Made by a program: the position numbers and the translations under genes. The notes under the pieces are model-generated. The model made no database searches, was not told the DNA's origin, and worked only from the letters and a program-made list of their open reading frames with translations. A DNA stretch of 64,000 bases from an uncultured delta proteobacterium (lineage in GTDB: Bacteria > Myxococcota > Myxococcia > Myxococcales > Myxococcaceae), in contig CAVZMH010000013.1 in assembly GCA_963776345.1 (NCBI GenBank), positions 1-64,000 on the forward strand, read 5' to 3'. Each line of letters opens with the position of its first letter. Within the stretch, counting starts at the first letter, position 1. Positions 28,642 to 37,173 of this stretch are shown here, piece by piece.

Positions 28642-28744
28642 GGCGAGGGCGAAAAGAGTTCATCAGGAGAGTCCGGAGGAGGGCGAAGGCAAAGAGCAGA
28701 GTGGTACGGACCGGATACATGGGTGACAGACCAGACCGGAGCCG

Positions 28745-29020
28745 ATGGGGACAGAGGAGCTCGAGCTGACCGGTCGGCCTGGGCGACTGAGGCGAAAGGA
28801 CCGACAGCTGGTTGGCGCACTTGGATTCGGTCGGTACCTGACCATCCAGCAAGTCATCGAACTCCGAGTGGGCGCGAGGACGGAGAAGGCCACCGGGTAC
28901 AGGCTCCGTGGACTCGCCGGCGAGGAAACCAGGTCCAAGGTGCGGGCGTCGAGGCCCGCGCTGTTGAGACGCTTTCCCTTCCGTTCCTTCGGGGGCGAGC
29001 GGCTGCACCTGTGGGCATGA
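28745..29020 (+). pseudogene. Truncated replication-relaxation (Replic_Relax-like) protein N-terminus
   Basis: KDRQLVGALGFGRYLTIQQVIEL...TGYRLRGL...HLWA resembles the winged-helix start of Replic_Relax proteins; ends after 91 aa. Recognised by eye. Confidence 0.5.
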
Positions 29021-29178
29021 GCTTCACCCTTTGGTACTACCGATGGACGATGATCCTGGAGACGCTCCAGCAGGCCGCCGCCTCACCCGGCGTGAACGCG
29101 ACGGACGGGCTGCTCGACGTTCGGCTTCGTCCTCTCGCCATTCTTCGGATCAAGCAGCGTCGATAGGGGGGAGGATGG

Positions 29179-30519
29179 ATGCACGACAGAGCTCGTAGTC
29201 ACGTTCGTGCGGGGTCGTGGATGTTCGTCACCCTGCTGCTGCTGAGCAGCGGTGTTCTGCTCGCGCAGCCGCCTTCGCCCGACGACGGCCCCGCGGCGCG
29301 GCAGTTCGCGAGCTGGCTGGCGCTCTTCAATAAGGGCGATCGCGCCGCGCTGGAGGCGTATCACCGGCAGGCGTTCGCCTACAGCGCGGCCCCTCCGGAG
29401 CTCGGCAACATCGAGCGCGAGCTCTCGCTGCTCCTCGAGACGGCCGGCTTCGACATCAGGAAGCGCGAACGGGGTTCGGCGACCCAGTTCTCCGCCATCC
29501 TCAGCGATCGCGCGACGCACCTGTTCGCCCGCGCCACCATGCGCGTCGAGGCGGCCGGGCCCCATCGCGTCCTCGACTTCGCGCTGGTGCCCATTGCCAC
29601 GCCCGCCGAGTACCAGGTGCCCGAAGGGCCGCTCGATGCCAAGCGGCGGCTGGCGCTCCTCGACGCGGCGGCGCGGGCGATCGAGGCCAACTACGTCTTC
29701 CCCGACGTCGGCCGGCGCATGGCCGCGGCTCTGCGCGAGCGCGGCGCGCGCGGGGACTACGAGCACATCAGCGACTGCACTGCCTTCGCCGCCCGGCTGA
29801 CCGACGACTTGCGCGCGCTGTGCCACGACAAGCACATGCGCGTCACCTACAAGGATGGGCTGCAGCTGCCGCCCTCGGACGGGGGTGGGCAGGGCCTCGG
29901 CTTTGGCGACATCGAGCGGCTTCATGACAACATCGTTCGCATCGCCATCAGTGGCTTTCCGCCTGTGCGCTTGGCCCGCGACGCGATCGCCGCCCTCATG
30001 TCGAACGTGGCCGATGCCGACGCGCTCATCATCGACTTGCGCGCCAATCACGGCGGCGATCCGTCGACGGTCGCGGTGGTGGCCAGCTACCTCTTCGACG
30101 ACCAGCCCGTGCACCTTAACGACGTAATCGAGCGCGACGGCACTATGCGGACGTTCTGGACCGAGCCCACAGTGGCCGGCAAGCGCTTCGGCGGCAACAA
30201 GCCGGTGTATGTCCTCACCAGCGCGGAAACGTTCTCGGGCGGTGAGGAGCTCGCCTACGATCTGCAGAGCCTGCATCGCGCGACTCTCATTGGCGAGACG
30301 ACCGGCGGCGGGGCCAATCTTACCGGCGCGCACACGCTCGACGATTGGTTCGTGATCGGCGTGCCATGGGCGCGCCCCATCAATCCGGTGACCAAGACCA
30401 ATTGGGAAGGTGTCGGAGTGCGGCCCGACGTGGCGACGAAGGCGACCGCGGCGCTCGACGAGGCGGTGCGACGGGCGGCGCTCGACATCGGTTTGACGCC
30501 GGCGCGTTCGCCCAACTGA
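29179..30519 (+). CDS. S41-family peptidase (IRBP-like), exported
   Basis: LIIDLRANHGG, VYVLTSAETFSGGEELAY, IGETTGGGAN, NWEGVGVRPDV. Confidence 0.9.
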   Translation: MHDRARSHVRAGSWMFVTLLLLSSGVLLAQPPSPDDGPAARQFASWLALFNKGDRAALEAYHRQAFAYSAAPPELGNIERELSLLLETAGFDIRKRERGSATQFSAILSDRATHLFARATMRVEAAGPHRVLDFALVPIATPAEYQVPEGPLDAKRRLALLDAAARAIEANYVFPDVGRRMAAALRERGARGDYEHISDCTAFAARLTDDLRALCHDKHMRVTYKDGLQLPPSDGGGQGLGFGDIERLHDNIVRIAISGFPPVRLARDAIAALMSNVADADALIIDLRANHGGDPSTVAVVASYLFDDQPVHLNDVIERDGTMRTFWTEPTVAGKRFGGNKPVYVLTSAETFSGGEELAYDLQSLHRATLIGETTGGGANLTGAHTLDDWFVIGVPWARPINPVTKTNWEGVGVRPDVATKATAALDEAVRRAALDIGLTPARSPN

Positions 30520-30796
30520 GCGAACGCTACGGCCTATCGCCGCCCGTTGCTCGCCCCGGAGGGTGCTCGGCCGGCACGCGGCGCCCGCATGCCGGAAGCC
30601 AGGGCGTAGCAGAGCCCGGGGACCCGGACCGCGCGGGCGCGCCTGTCGCTCGCCGGTCGCCCACTCCCTCAGGGAGAAGCGTCCGGCTCGCAAGGAAGAA
30701 AACACCCGTCCGCCGCATTGCTTGAAACGGCGCCTCGGAGGCAGGGCGGGCCGTTTTCGGCCGTTCTGGGGGGGTTCCGCGCGCGTGTCCGTAACC

Positions 30797-30996
30797 TCAC
30801 TGCGACCCTCCGCGACCGATGAAAGCATCCAAGTCCTCCTGCCAGACCCGGATGGCGTTGCTGACCCGGATAGCCGGGAGCTGCCCCCAGCTCACCAGCC
30901 GGTACACGGTGGCACGGCACACCCCGAGGGCGTCGGCCACCTGGGGCGCGGTGAGCAACCGCCCTCCCCCACCATCGACCGCTCGCAGTGTCGGGA
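30797..30996 (-). CDS. Third excisionase-like HTH domain (orphan arm of a relic element); start uncertain
   Basis: RLLTAPQVADALGVCRATVYRLVSWGQLPAIRVSNAIRVWQEDLDAF, homologous to 1563-1751 and 16940-17095. Confidence 0.7.
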
Positions 30997-31132
30997 TGGG
31001 TCCCACGGGGGTCCCACGCGGAGCCGTCCAGGGGCATCCAACACGTCGGGAACTGGCTCCGGCGGGGTACTCAGCCGCAGTTCTCTCGACCGGTTGGACG
31101 CTGGCGCACGTGGTGGATGGCTCGAGCGCCCC

Positions 31133-31174
31133 CTCCGGAGCCAAAGGTCACAGGTTCGAATCCTCTATCGCACG
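31133..31174 (+). pseudogene. 3' half of a tRNA-Arg(CCG), probable relic att site
   Basis: ctCCGga loop, gccaa, aggtc, acagg-ttcgaat-cctct T-arm (one mismatch), then 7 nt plus discriminator; no 5' half upstream. Confidence 0.75.
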
Positions 31175-31277
31175 AACGCCGGAGGGATCGGCAGTTCACG
31201 AGGTCTTTCTCGGTCGCTTCCGTTAGTACCCCACGCGCGAGCCGTAAACGCCTGAGAAACGCAAGCCACGCGCTCGC

Positions 31278-31308
31278 TTGACTATGAGTTCTAATTGGAA
31301 TCTACTTA
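31278..31308 (+). promoter_or_regulatory. Candidate promoter/operator of the element A backbone operon
   Basis: TTGACT-N17-TCTACT with imperfect palindrome ttctaattggaa; homologous to 14626-14656. Confidence 0.65.
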
Positions 31309-31312
31309 GGAG

Positions 31313-31645
31313 ATGGGAAGGACTCCTCTCCCGCGAGACGAAGCGCTCCAGCCGCTCAACGTGAAGGTCCCGTCCGAGGACCTCTACTTCGTCCAGGAAG
31401 TCCTCAAGCCGGCCCTCGGTGTCTCTTACAACGCCGAGGCGGTCCGGGAGGTCCTGGTCCAGCTCCGGACCTGCTTCCGCCTCCCCCAGTACGTCGTTGA
31501 CGTTCTCGAGGCGGAGATGAAGGCGAAGAAGCTCAACATCCTCGGGTACGTCCAGGAGCTGCTGCTTCGCCGCTACGAGGCCCTCCGCGACAAGCCCGAC
31601 AGCGCGAAGAAGGGCCCGGCTGGCGCTCGCCACCGCCCCCGCTAG
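31313..31645 (+). CDS. Tandem RHH-like element protein (paralogue of 14661-14993)
   Basis: 89/93 aa identical to the element B copy. Confidence 0.75.
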   Translation: MGRTPLPRDEALQPLNVKVPSEDLYFVQEVLKPALGVSYNAEAVREVLVQLRTCFRLPQYVVDVLEAEMKAKKLNILGYVQELLLRRYEALRDKPDSAKKGPAGARHRPR

Positions 31646-31888
31646 ACACTCGCAACGCCCCGGGAGGGCAGGAGGTCCCATGGGACGCTCGACCGAGGGA
31701 TTGGAACTCTCCACCCGGCGGGCGATGCCGAACAGCGTCACGCCCCCTCTGCCGCATGGCGGCGGCACGGGAGCCTCGCCACTCGACCATCACCAGCCCG
31801 CTCCACCAGCGACCGCTCACGAGTTGAAGACCGTTCTTGAGGCCGCGGCGAGCTCCGCTCCACGGAAGCTCCTGGCTCGGGGCCAGGA

Positions 31889-32131
31889 ATGAGCGCTCGG
31901 CATCAGGGCGAGCAGCCCACCCGGCATGGGCTCTGGGACGCGCGGGACGTGGCCTGCTTCCTCAAGTGCTCGCCGAGCGCCGTCTACCGCTGGGCCGAAC
32001 TCGGGCAGATTCCCTGCCGCCGCATCGGCACCCTGCTCCGCTTCAAGCCCGAGGAGGTCGAGGCTTGGCTCGACCGGAACGCCAGCGCGTCGATTCTCCC
32101 CTTCCCCCGTCACGCTGGCGGGCGAGAATAG
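31889..32131 (+). CDS. Excisionase/AlpA-like HTH protein upstream of the integrase
   Basis: LWDARDVACFLKCSPSAVYRWAELGQIPCRRIGTLLRFKPEEVEAWL. Confidence 0.85.
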   Translation: MSARHQGEQPTRHGLWDARDVACFLKCSPSAVYRWAELGQIPCRRIGTLLRFKPEEVEAWLDRNASASILPFPRHAGGRE

Positions 32132-32134
32132 GCC

Positions 32135-33490
32135 ATGGCTGACCCGTTCCTGTTCCGAGGTCGGTGGTTCCTCCGGTTCCAAGACGAGACCGAGCGGTGG
32201 AGGCAGCGGCCCTCGGCGGCTCGGACGAAGACCGAGGCGAAGCGCCTTCAGGCCGAGTTGGAGTACCAGATCGGCCGTCGTCGCCTCGGACTCGAGGGCA
32301 CTGTGTCCGCGGAGGTGTCGACCCTCGGCGAGCTGCTCAAGCGCTGGCTGCGCGAGACATCCTCCACAGCGTCCGCCTCGAAGAACACGAGCGCGGTCGC
32401 GAAACACCTGCTCGGCGAGGCCCTCGCGACAAGGCGGCTCGATCAGGTGCGGACGGCGGACGTCAATGACCTGATCGCCCGGAAGAGCAGCGAGGGACTC
32501 GCGCCGCAGACGGTGAACCACCTGCGGGGGTTCCTCTCGCGGGCCTACTCGATGGCGATTGAGCGCGGTTGGTGGACCGGCGCCAACCCGGTTGCGAGGG
32601 CGAAGAAGCTCGCCATTCCTGAACTCGACCGCGACGAGCGCGAGTGGCTCCGCGAGGAGGAGTTCCGCGGGGTGCTCGAGGAGTTGGATCCGCGCTGGCG
32701 GCCGCTCTTCGCGACGGCCGTCTACGGCGGTCTTCGAAAGGGCGAGCTGCGTGCGCTCCGCAAGGACGCCATCGACTTCGAGGTCGGCTGCATCAAGGTC
32801 GCTCGGAGCGGCGGTCGCAGGACGACGAAGAGCGGCAAAGTGCGCCGTGTGCCCATCCACCCGGAGTTGCTCCCCTACCTCCAGCGCGCGGTCGACTCGT
32901 CGCCCTCCGCCGCCCTGGTCTTCCCCGGCCCGGACGGAGAGATGATGCGCGAGGATGCGAAGCTGCAGGCCGTCCTACGACGCGCCTTGGCCCGCGCCGG
33001 CATCGTCAACGGGTATGAGCACCGCTGCCGGAAGCACGGGTGCAAGCACTGCGAGCGGCACTCCGACCAGGACCAGCGCCGGTGCCCGAAACACAAGGTC
33101 ATCCTCTGGCCGGTGCCCGTCCACCGGAAGGTCCGGTTCCACGACCTGAGGCACACGGCCGCCTCGCTCTACCTCGGCGCCGGGGTGGACCCAGTCGTCG
33201 TCCAGCGGACCCTCGGGCACGCCGATGTGACGATGACGGTCGGCCGGTACGGGCACTTCCGGCCCGAGCACGAGCTGCGGCAGTTGTCGAAGCTCCAGCT
33301 CGGGATCCCAGCGCCGGAGCCCGTGTCCCGGGAATCCTTGCTTCACCCCTTGCTTCACCCCGACGCCGGACACTCGAAGGCCCCGACCGCGCCCGCCGAA
33401 ATCGTGAGCGCTGCCGGGGCCTTCCAGAGAGCGGGAGACGGGGGTCGAACCCGCGACCCTCGGCTTGGGAAGCCGATGCTCTACCACTGA
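32135..33490 (+). CDS. Tyrosine recombinase/integrase of element A; terminates inside the antisense strand of tRNA-Gly
   Basis: GLRKGE, TTK, FHDLRH, LGH and RYGH motifs; the last 20 codons overlap the tRNA. Confidence 0.93.
   Translation: MADPFLFRGRWFLRFQDETERWRQRPSAARTKTEAKRLQAELEYQIGRRRLGLEGTVSAEVSTLGELLKRWLRETSSTASASKNTSAVAKHLLGEALATRRLDQVRTADVNDLIARKSSEGLAPQTVNHLRGFLSRAYSMAIERGWWTGANPVARAKKLAIPELDRDEREWLREEEFRGVLEELDPRWRPLFATAVYGGLRKGELRALRKDAIDFEVGCIKVARSGGRRTTKSGKVRRVPIHPELLPYLQRAVDSSPSAALVFPGPDGEMMREDAKLQAVLRRALARAGIVNGYEHRCRKHGCKHCERHSDQDQRRCPKHKVILWPVPVHRKVRFHDLRHTAASLYLGAGVDPVVVQRTLGHADVTMTVGRYGHFRPEHELRQLSKLQLGIPAPEPVSRESLLHPLLHPDAGHSKAPTAPAEIVSAAGAFQRAGDGGRTRDPRLGKPMLYH
33338..33359 (+). 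promoter_or_regulatory. Paired TTGCTTCACC repeat, candidate arm-type site of element A (integrase side)
   Basis: Matches 16872-16893. Confidence 0.7.
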
Positions 33491-33501
33491 GCTACTCCCG
33501 C
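33430..33501 (-). tRNA. tRNA-Gly (anticodon CCC), CCA not encoded
   Basis: Reverse complement GCGGGAGTAGCTCAGTGGTAGAGCATCGGCTTCCCAAGCCGAGGGTCGCGGGTTCGACCCCCGTCTCCCGCT folds as a full cloverleaf. Confidence 0.97.
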
Positions 33502-33590
33502 GGACGGCGCGATCGAGGTACTACGACCGGGCCCCCCGGTTCAAGCCGGTTGATCCCAATCGCGGGCCGGCGTGACTACCGTACCTTCCG

Positions 33591-34371
33591 ATGGCGCGCA
33601 TCCTGGTCGGGACCAGCGGATACCTCTACCGGGACTGGCGGAACGTGCTGTACCCGCCGGGCCTCGGCACCGGGCGCTGGCTCCAGCGGTACGCGAGCGT
33701 CTTCCCGACGCTGGAGCTCAACACCACCTTCTACCGGCTCACCACGGCCGTGGCCGCCGCCCGCTGGCGCGACGCGACGCCACCCGGCTTCGTCTTCACC
33801 GTCAAGGGCAGCCGGTACATCACTCACATGAAGAAGCTGAAGGACCCCGCCGCGGCGCTCGGAGCGCTTCTTCGCCCCACTCCGGCCGCTGCGGCCGAAG
33901 CTGGCGGTGGTTCTGTGGCAGCTCCCGCCCCGATTCGACGTGGACGCGCTGCCGCGGCTGGACGCCTTCCTCGCGGCACTGCCACCTGGTGTCCGGTACG
34001 CGGTCGAGTTCCGCGAGCCGAGCTGGTACCTCCCCGAGACCTGCGAGGTGCTCGACGCGCACGGCGCGGCATTCTGCGAGCACGACCTCGTCCCGCTCCC
34101 CCCGCCCCGGCTCACCGGTGGCTTCCGCTACCTCCGCTTTCACGGCGCGGGCGCGAAGTACGGCGGCCGTTACGGCCCCGCGGCGCTCGACCCGGTCGCC
34201 CGCGACCTCCTCCGGACTCGTCGCCGGGGCAAGGACGCCTACGTCTTCTTCAACAACGACTTCTGCGGTCACGCGGTGCACGACGCGCTGACGCTCCGCG
34301 AGGCGCTGGGAGAAACGATGCGCCTTGACACCCCCCACCCCGACGGACAAAAGCCCGGGGCCACTCCATGA
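33591..34371 (+). CDS. DUF72 (YecE-like) protein, frameshift near 33860
   Basis: VGTSGY, ELNTTFY, KGSRYITH, then LWQLPP, AVEFR, YLRFHG, YVFFNND in the next frame. Confidence 0.85.
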
Positions 34372-35348
34372 AGCTGGCGACCCTGCGAGACGGAACCCGG
34401 GACGGCGCGCTGGTGGTCGTCCGGCGCGACGGCGCCGCGTTCGCCCGCGCCCACGACGTGGCGCGCACGCTGCAATCGGCGCTCGACGCCTGGGAATCCA
34501 CCGAGGCGGCCCTCCGGGCGCTGTCCGAGCGTCTCGACTCGGGCGCGCTCGACGGCGAGCCGCTCGAGGTCCACCACCTTCACGCGCCGCTGCCCCGGGC
34601 GTACGAGTGGGTGGACGGCTCGGCGTACCTCAACCACGTCCGACTGGTGCGCAAGGCACGAGGGGCCGAGCCGCCGCCGACGCTGGAGACGGATCCGCTC
34701 GTGTACCAGGGCGGCTCGGGCGTGCTGCTCGGACCGACCGACGACCTGGTGCTGCCGGACCCCGCCTGGGGCCTCGACTTCGAGTCGGAGATCGTCGTGG
34801 TCCTGGGCGACGTGCCGCTCGGCACCAGGGCAGCCGAGGCGGGCAAGTACGTCCGCCTGGTCACCCAGTGCAACGACGTCAGCCTGCGGAACCTCATCCC
34901 CGCCGAGCTGGCCAAGGGCTTCGGCTTCTTCCAGGGCAAGCCGGCCACCGCGTTCGGCCCGTTCGCCGTCACCCCGGACGAGCTCGGCCCCGCCTGGCGC
35001 GACGGGCGAGCGCACGTGCGAGTCCGCTCCACGCTCAACGGCCGGGTGGTCGGCGACACCGACGCCGGGCCCGAGATGCACTTCTCCTTCTTCCAGCTCC
35101 TCGAGCACGTGGCGAAGACCCGGGCCTTCACCGCCGGGACGCTCCTCGGCAGCGGCACGGTGAGCAACGAGGACCGCGCGCGCGGCATCAGCTGCCTGGC
35201 CGAGCGGCGGATGATCGAGACCATCGAGCAGGGCAAGCCGTCGACGCCCTTCATGGCGGTGGGCGACCGGATCGAGGTCGAGACCTTCGACGCCCGGGGA
35301 GGGAGTCTCTTCGGCCGCATCTCGCAGACGGTGAGGGCGCCCGGATGA
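34368..35348 (+). CDS. Fumarylacetoacetate hydrolase family protein
   Basis: MKLATLRDGTRDG, LDFESE, NDVSLRNLIPAELAKGFGF, GSGTVSN; lies in the tyrosine catabolism operon. Confidence 0.9.
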   Translation: MKLATLRDGTRDGALVVVRRDGAAFARAHDVARTLQSALDAWESTEAALRALSERLDSGALDGEPLEVHHLHAPLPRAYEWVDGSAYLNHVRLVRKARGAEPPPTLETDPLVYQGGSGVLLGPTDDLVLPDPAWGLDFESEIVVVLGDVPLGTRAAEAGKYVRLVTQCNDVSLRNLIPAELAKGFGFFQGKPATAFGPFAVTPDELGPAWRDGRAHVRVRSTLNGRVVGDTDAGPEMHFSFFQLLEHVAKTRAFTAGTLLGSGTVSNEDRARGISCLAERRMIETIEQGKPSTPFMAVGDRIEVETFDARGGSLFGRISQTVRAPG

Positions 35349-35989
35349 AGCTCTACGGGTACTGGCGCAGCGGGGCGACGTGGCGGGTGCGGATCGCGCT
35401 CGCCTGGAAGGGCGTCCCGTACGACTACCAGCCGGTGAACCTCCTCGAGGGCAAGCAGCACGAGGACCCTTACCGCTCGCTGAATCTCATGCAGTCCGTC
35501 CCGCTGCTCGAGTGGCAGGACCACGGGGCCATCCGCCGGCTCGCGCAGAGCCTCGCCATCCTCGACCACCTCGAGCAGCGCTTCCCCTCCCCGCCGCTCC
35601 TGCCGATGGACCCGTGGCTCCGGGCCCGCGCCCGCCAGCTCGCGGAGATGGTGAACTCGGGCATCCAGCCCTTCCAGACCCCGGTGGTGCTCGGACAGGT
35701 CAAGGCGTTCGGCGGCGACGACCGGGCCTGGGTGCACTTCTTCCTGGGGCGGGGCCTGGCCGCGCTGGAGGAGGAGACCTCCCGGACGGCCGGCAGGTTC
35801 TCGGTGGACGACGCGCCGTCCTTCGCCGACTGTTGCCTGGTGCCACAGCTCTACGCCGCGCGGCGCTGGAAGATCGACCTCGCTCCCTTCCCCACCCTCA
35901 CCCGCATCGAGGCGGCTTGCGAGTCCCTGCCCGCCTTCCAGGCCGCCCATCCCGATCGCCAGCCGGACGCAGCACACGCTCCGCGCTAA
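35345..35989 (+). CDS. maiA: Maleylacetoacetate isomerase (GST zeta)
   Basis: MKLYGYWRSGATWRVRIAL, QSLAI, SGIQP, DCCLVPQ, AHPDRQPDA. Confidence 0.92.
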   Translation: MKLYGYWRSGATWRVRIALAWKGVPYDYQPVNLLEGKQHEDPYRSLNLMQSVPLLEWQDHGAIRRLAQSLAILDHLEQRFPSPPLLPMDPWLRARARQLAEMVNSGIQPFQTPVVLGQVKAFGGDDRAWVHFFLGRGLAALEEETSRTAGRFSVDDAPSFADCCLVPQLYAARRWKIDLAPFPTLTRIEAACESLPAFQAAHPDRQPDAAHAPR

Positions 35990-36004
35990 TCAAGGAACGA
36001 CGCC

Positions 36005-37162
36005 ATGCCCCAGAACGAATCTCTCGGACTCCTCGGACTCGAATCCGCGCACTGGTACGTGCGCGATCTGGAGCGGAGCCGCCGCTTCTACACGGCCGGG
36101 ATGGACTTCAAGGAGATCGGCGGCAGCGACCCCGACCTCACCGCGCGCGGCAAGCAGCAGAGCCTGGTGTTCCAGGCCGGGGACGTCGTCCTCGTCGTCA
36201 GCCAGCCCCGCGGAGAGGGCGGGCGCGCGGCGCGCTGGCTCGCCAAGCACCCCGACGGGGTGGGAACGCTCACCTTCGCGGTCAAGGACGTCGAGCGGAC
36301 GTTCCGCCTCCTGGAGCGGCGCGGGGCGACGGCCATCGACGACATCCAGACCGTCCGGGACAACCGCGGCGGGAAGCTGAGCTGGTTCTCCATCACCACC
36401 CCGTTCGGCGACACGACCTTCCGCTTCGCCCAGCGCGACGGCTACCGCCCCCTCTTCCCGGGGATGATCTTCCACGAGAAGCCCTCCGGCGGTCAGAACC
36501 GCTTCGGCTTCAACGTCATCGACCACGTGACGTCGAACTTCCGCACCCTGATGCCGGCGATCATGTGGATGGAGCAGGTGCTGGGGCTGGAGCGGTTCTG
36601 GAAGATCGAGTTCCACACCGACGACGCCGCGGACAAGCTCCAGAAGGGCTCGGGGCTGCGCTCCACGGTGATGTGGGATCCGGAGTCGGGGGTGAAGTTC
36701 GCCAACAACGAGCCCGCCCGCCCCAACTTCCGCGCCTCGCAGATCAACATCTTCGTCGAGGACAACCGCGGCGAGGGCATCCAGCACCTGGCGCTCGGCG
36801 TCGAGGCCATCATCCCCGCGGTCGAGGGCATGCTGAAGACCCGGGCGGTCCAGTTCATGGACACCCCGGACAGCTACTACGACCAGCTCGGGAAGCGGCT
36901 GGAGGTGTTCGGGATCGGGCGGATCGACGAGAACCCGGACGATCTTCGCCGGCTCCGCATCCTCATCGACGGCAACAAGGAGCACAGCTACCTGCTCCAG
37001 ATCTTCATGAAGGACGCGGCGAGCCTGTACGGCGACCGGGAGGCCGGGCCCTTCTTCTACGAGGTCATCCAGCGCAAGGGCGACAAGGGCTTCGGCGCGG
37101 GGAACTTCCGCTCGCTGTTCGAGAGCATCGAGCGCGACCAGAAGGCCGCGGGCCGGGTCTAG
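36005..37162 (+). CDS. hppD: 4-hydroxyphenylpyruvate dioxygenase
   Basis: IDHVTSN, GIQHLAL, LLQIF, FFYEVIQRKGDKGFGAGNFRSLFESIE. Confidence 0.93.
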   Translation: MPQNESLGLLGLESAHWYVRDLERSRRFYTAGMDFKEIGGSDPDLTARGKQQSLVFQAGDVVLVVSQPRGEGGRAARWLAKHPDGVGTLTFAVKDVERTFRLLERRGATAIDDIQTVRDNRGGKLSWFSITTPFGDTTFRFAQRDGYRPLFPGMIFHEKPSGGQNRFGFNVIDHVTSNFRTLMPAIMWMEQVLGLERFWKIEFHTDDAADKLQKGSGLRSTVMWDPESGVKFANNEPARPNFRASQINIFVEDNRGEGIQHLALGVEAIIPAVEGMLKTRAVQFMDTPDSYYDQLGKRLEVFGIGRIDENPDDLRRLRILIDGNKEHSYLLQIFMKDAASLYGDREAGPFFYEVIQRKGDKGFGAGNFRSLFESIERDQKAAGRV

Positions 37163-37173
37163 GGAGAAGGGCG

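Larger units (their letters stand above)
16692..33473. mobile_element. Integrative element A (16,737-bp repeat-to-repeat), adjacent to the intact tRNA-Gly
   Basis: Flanking 45-bp direct repeats; integrase next to the tRNA; same backbone as element B. Confidence 0.92.

Noticed and set aside
30797..31174. In-frame readthrough from the tRNA-Arg fragment into the third HTH
   Set aside because: The HTH frame meets a TGA inside the fragment (31150-31148) and no cognate integrase is in the window, so a fusion cannot be claimed for this relic.
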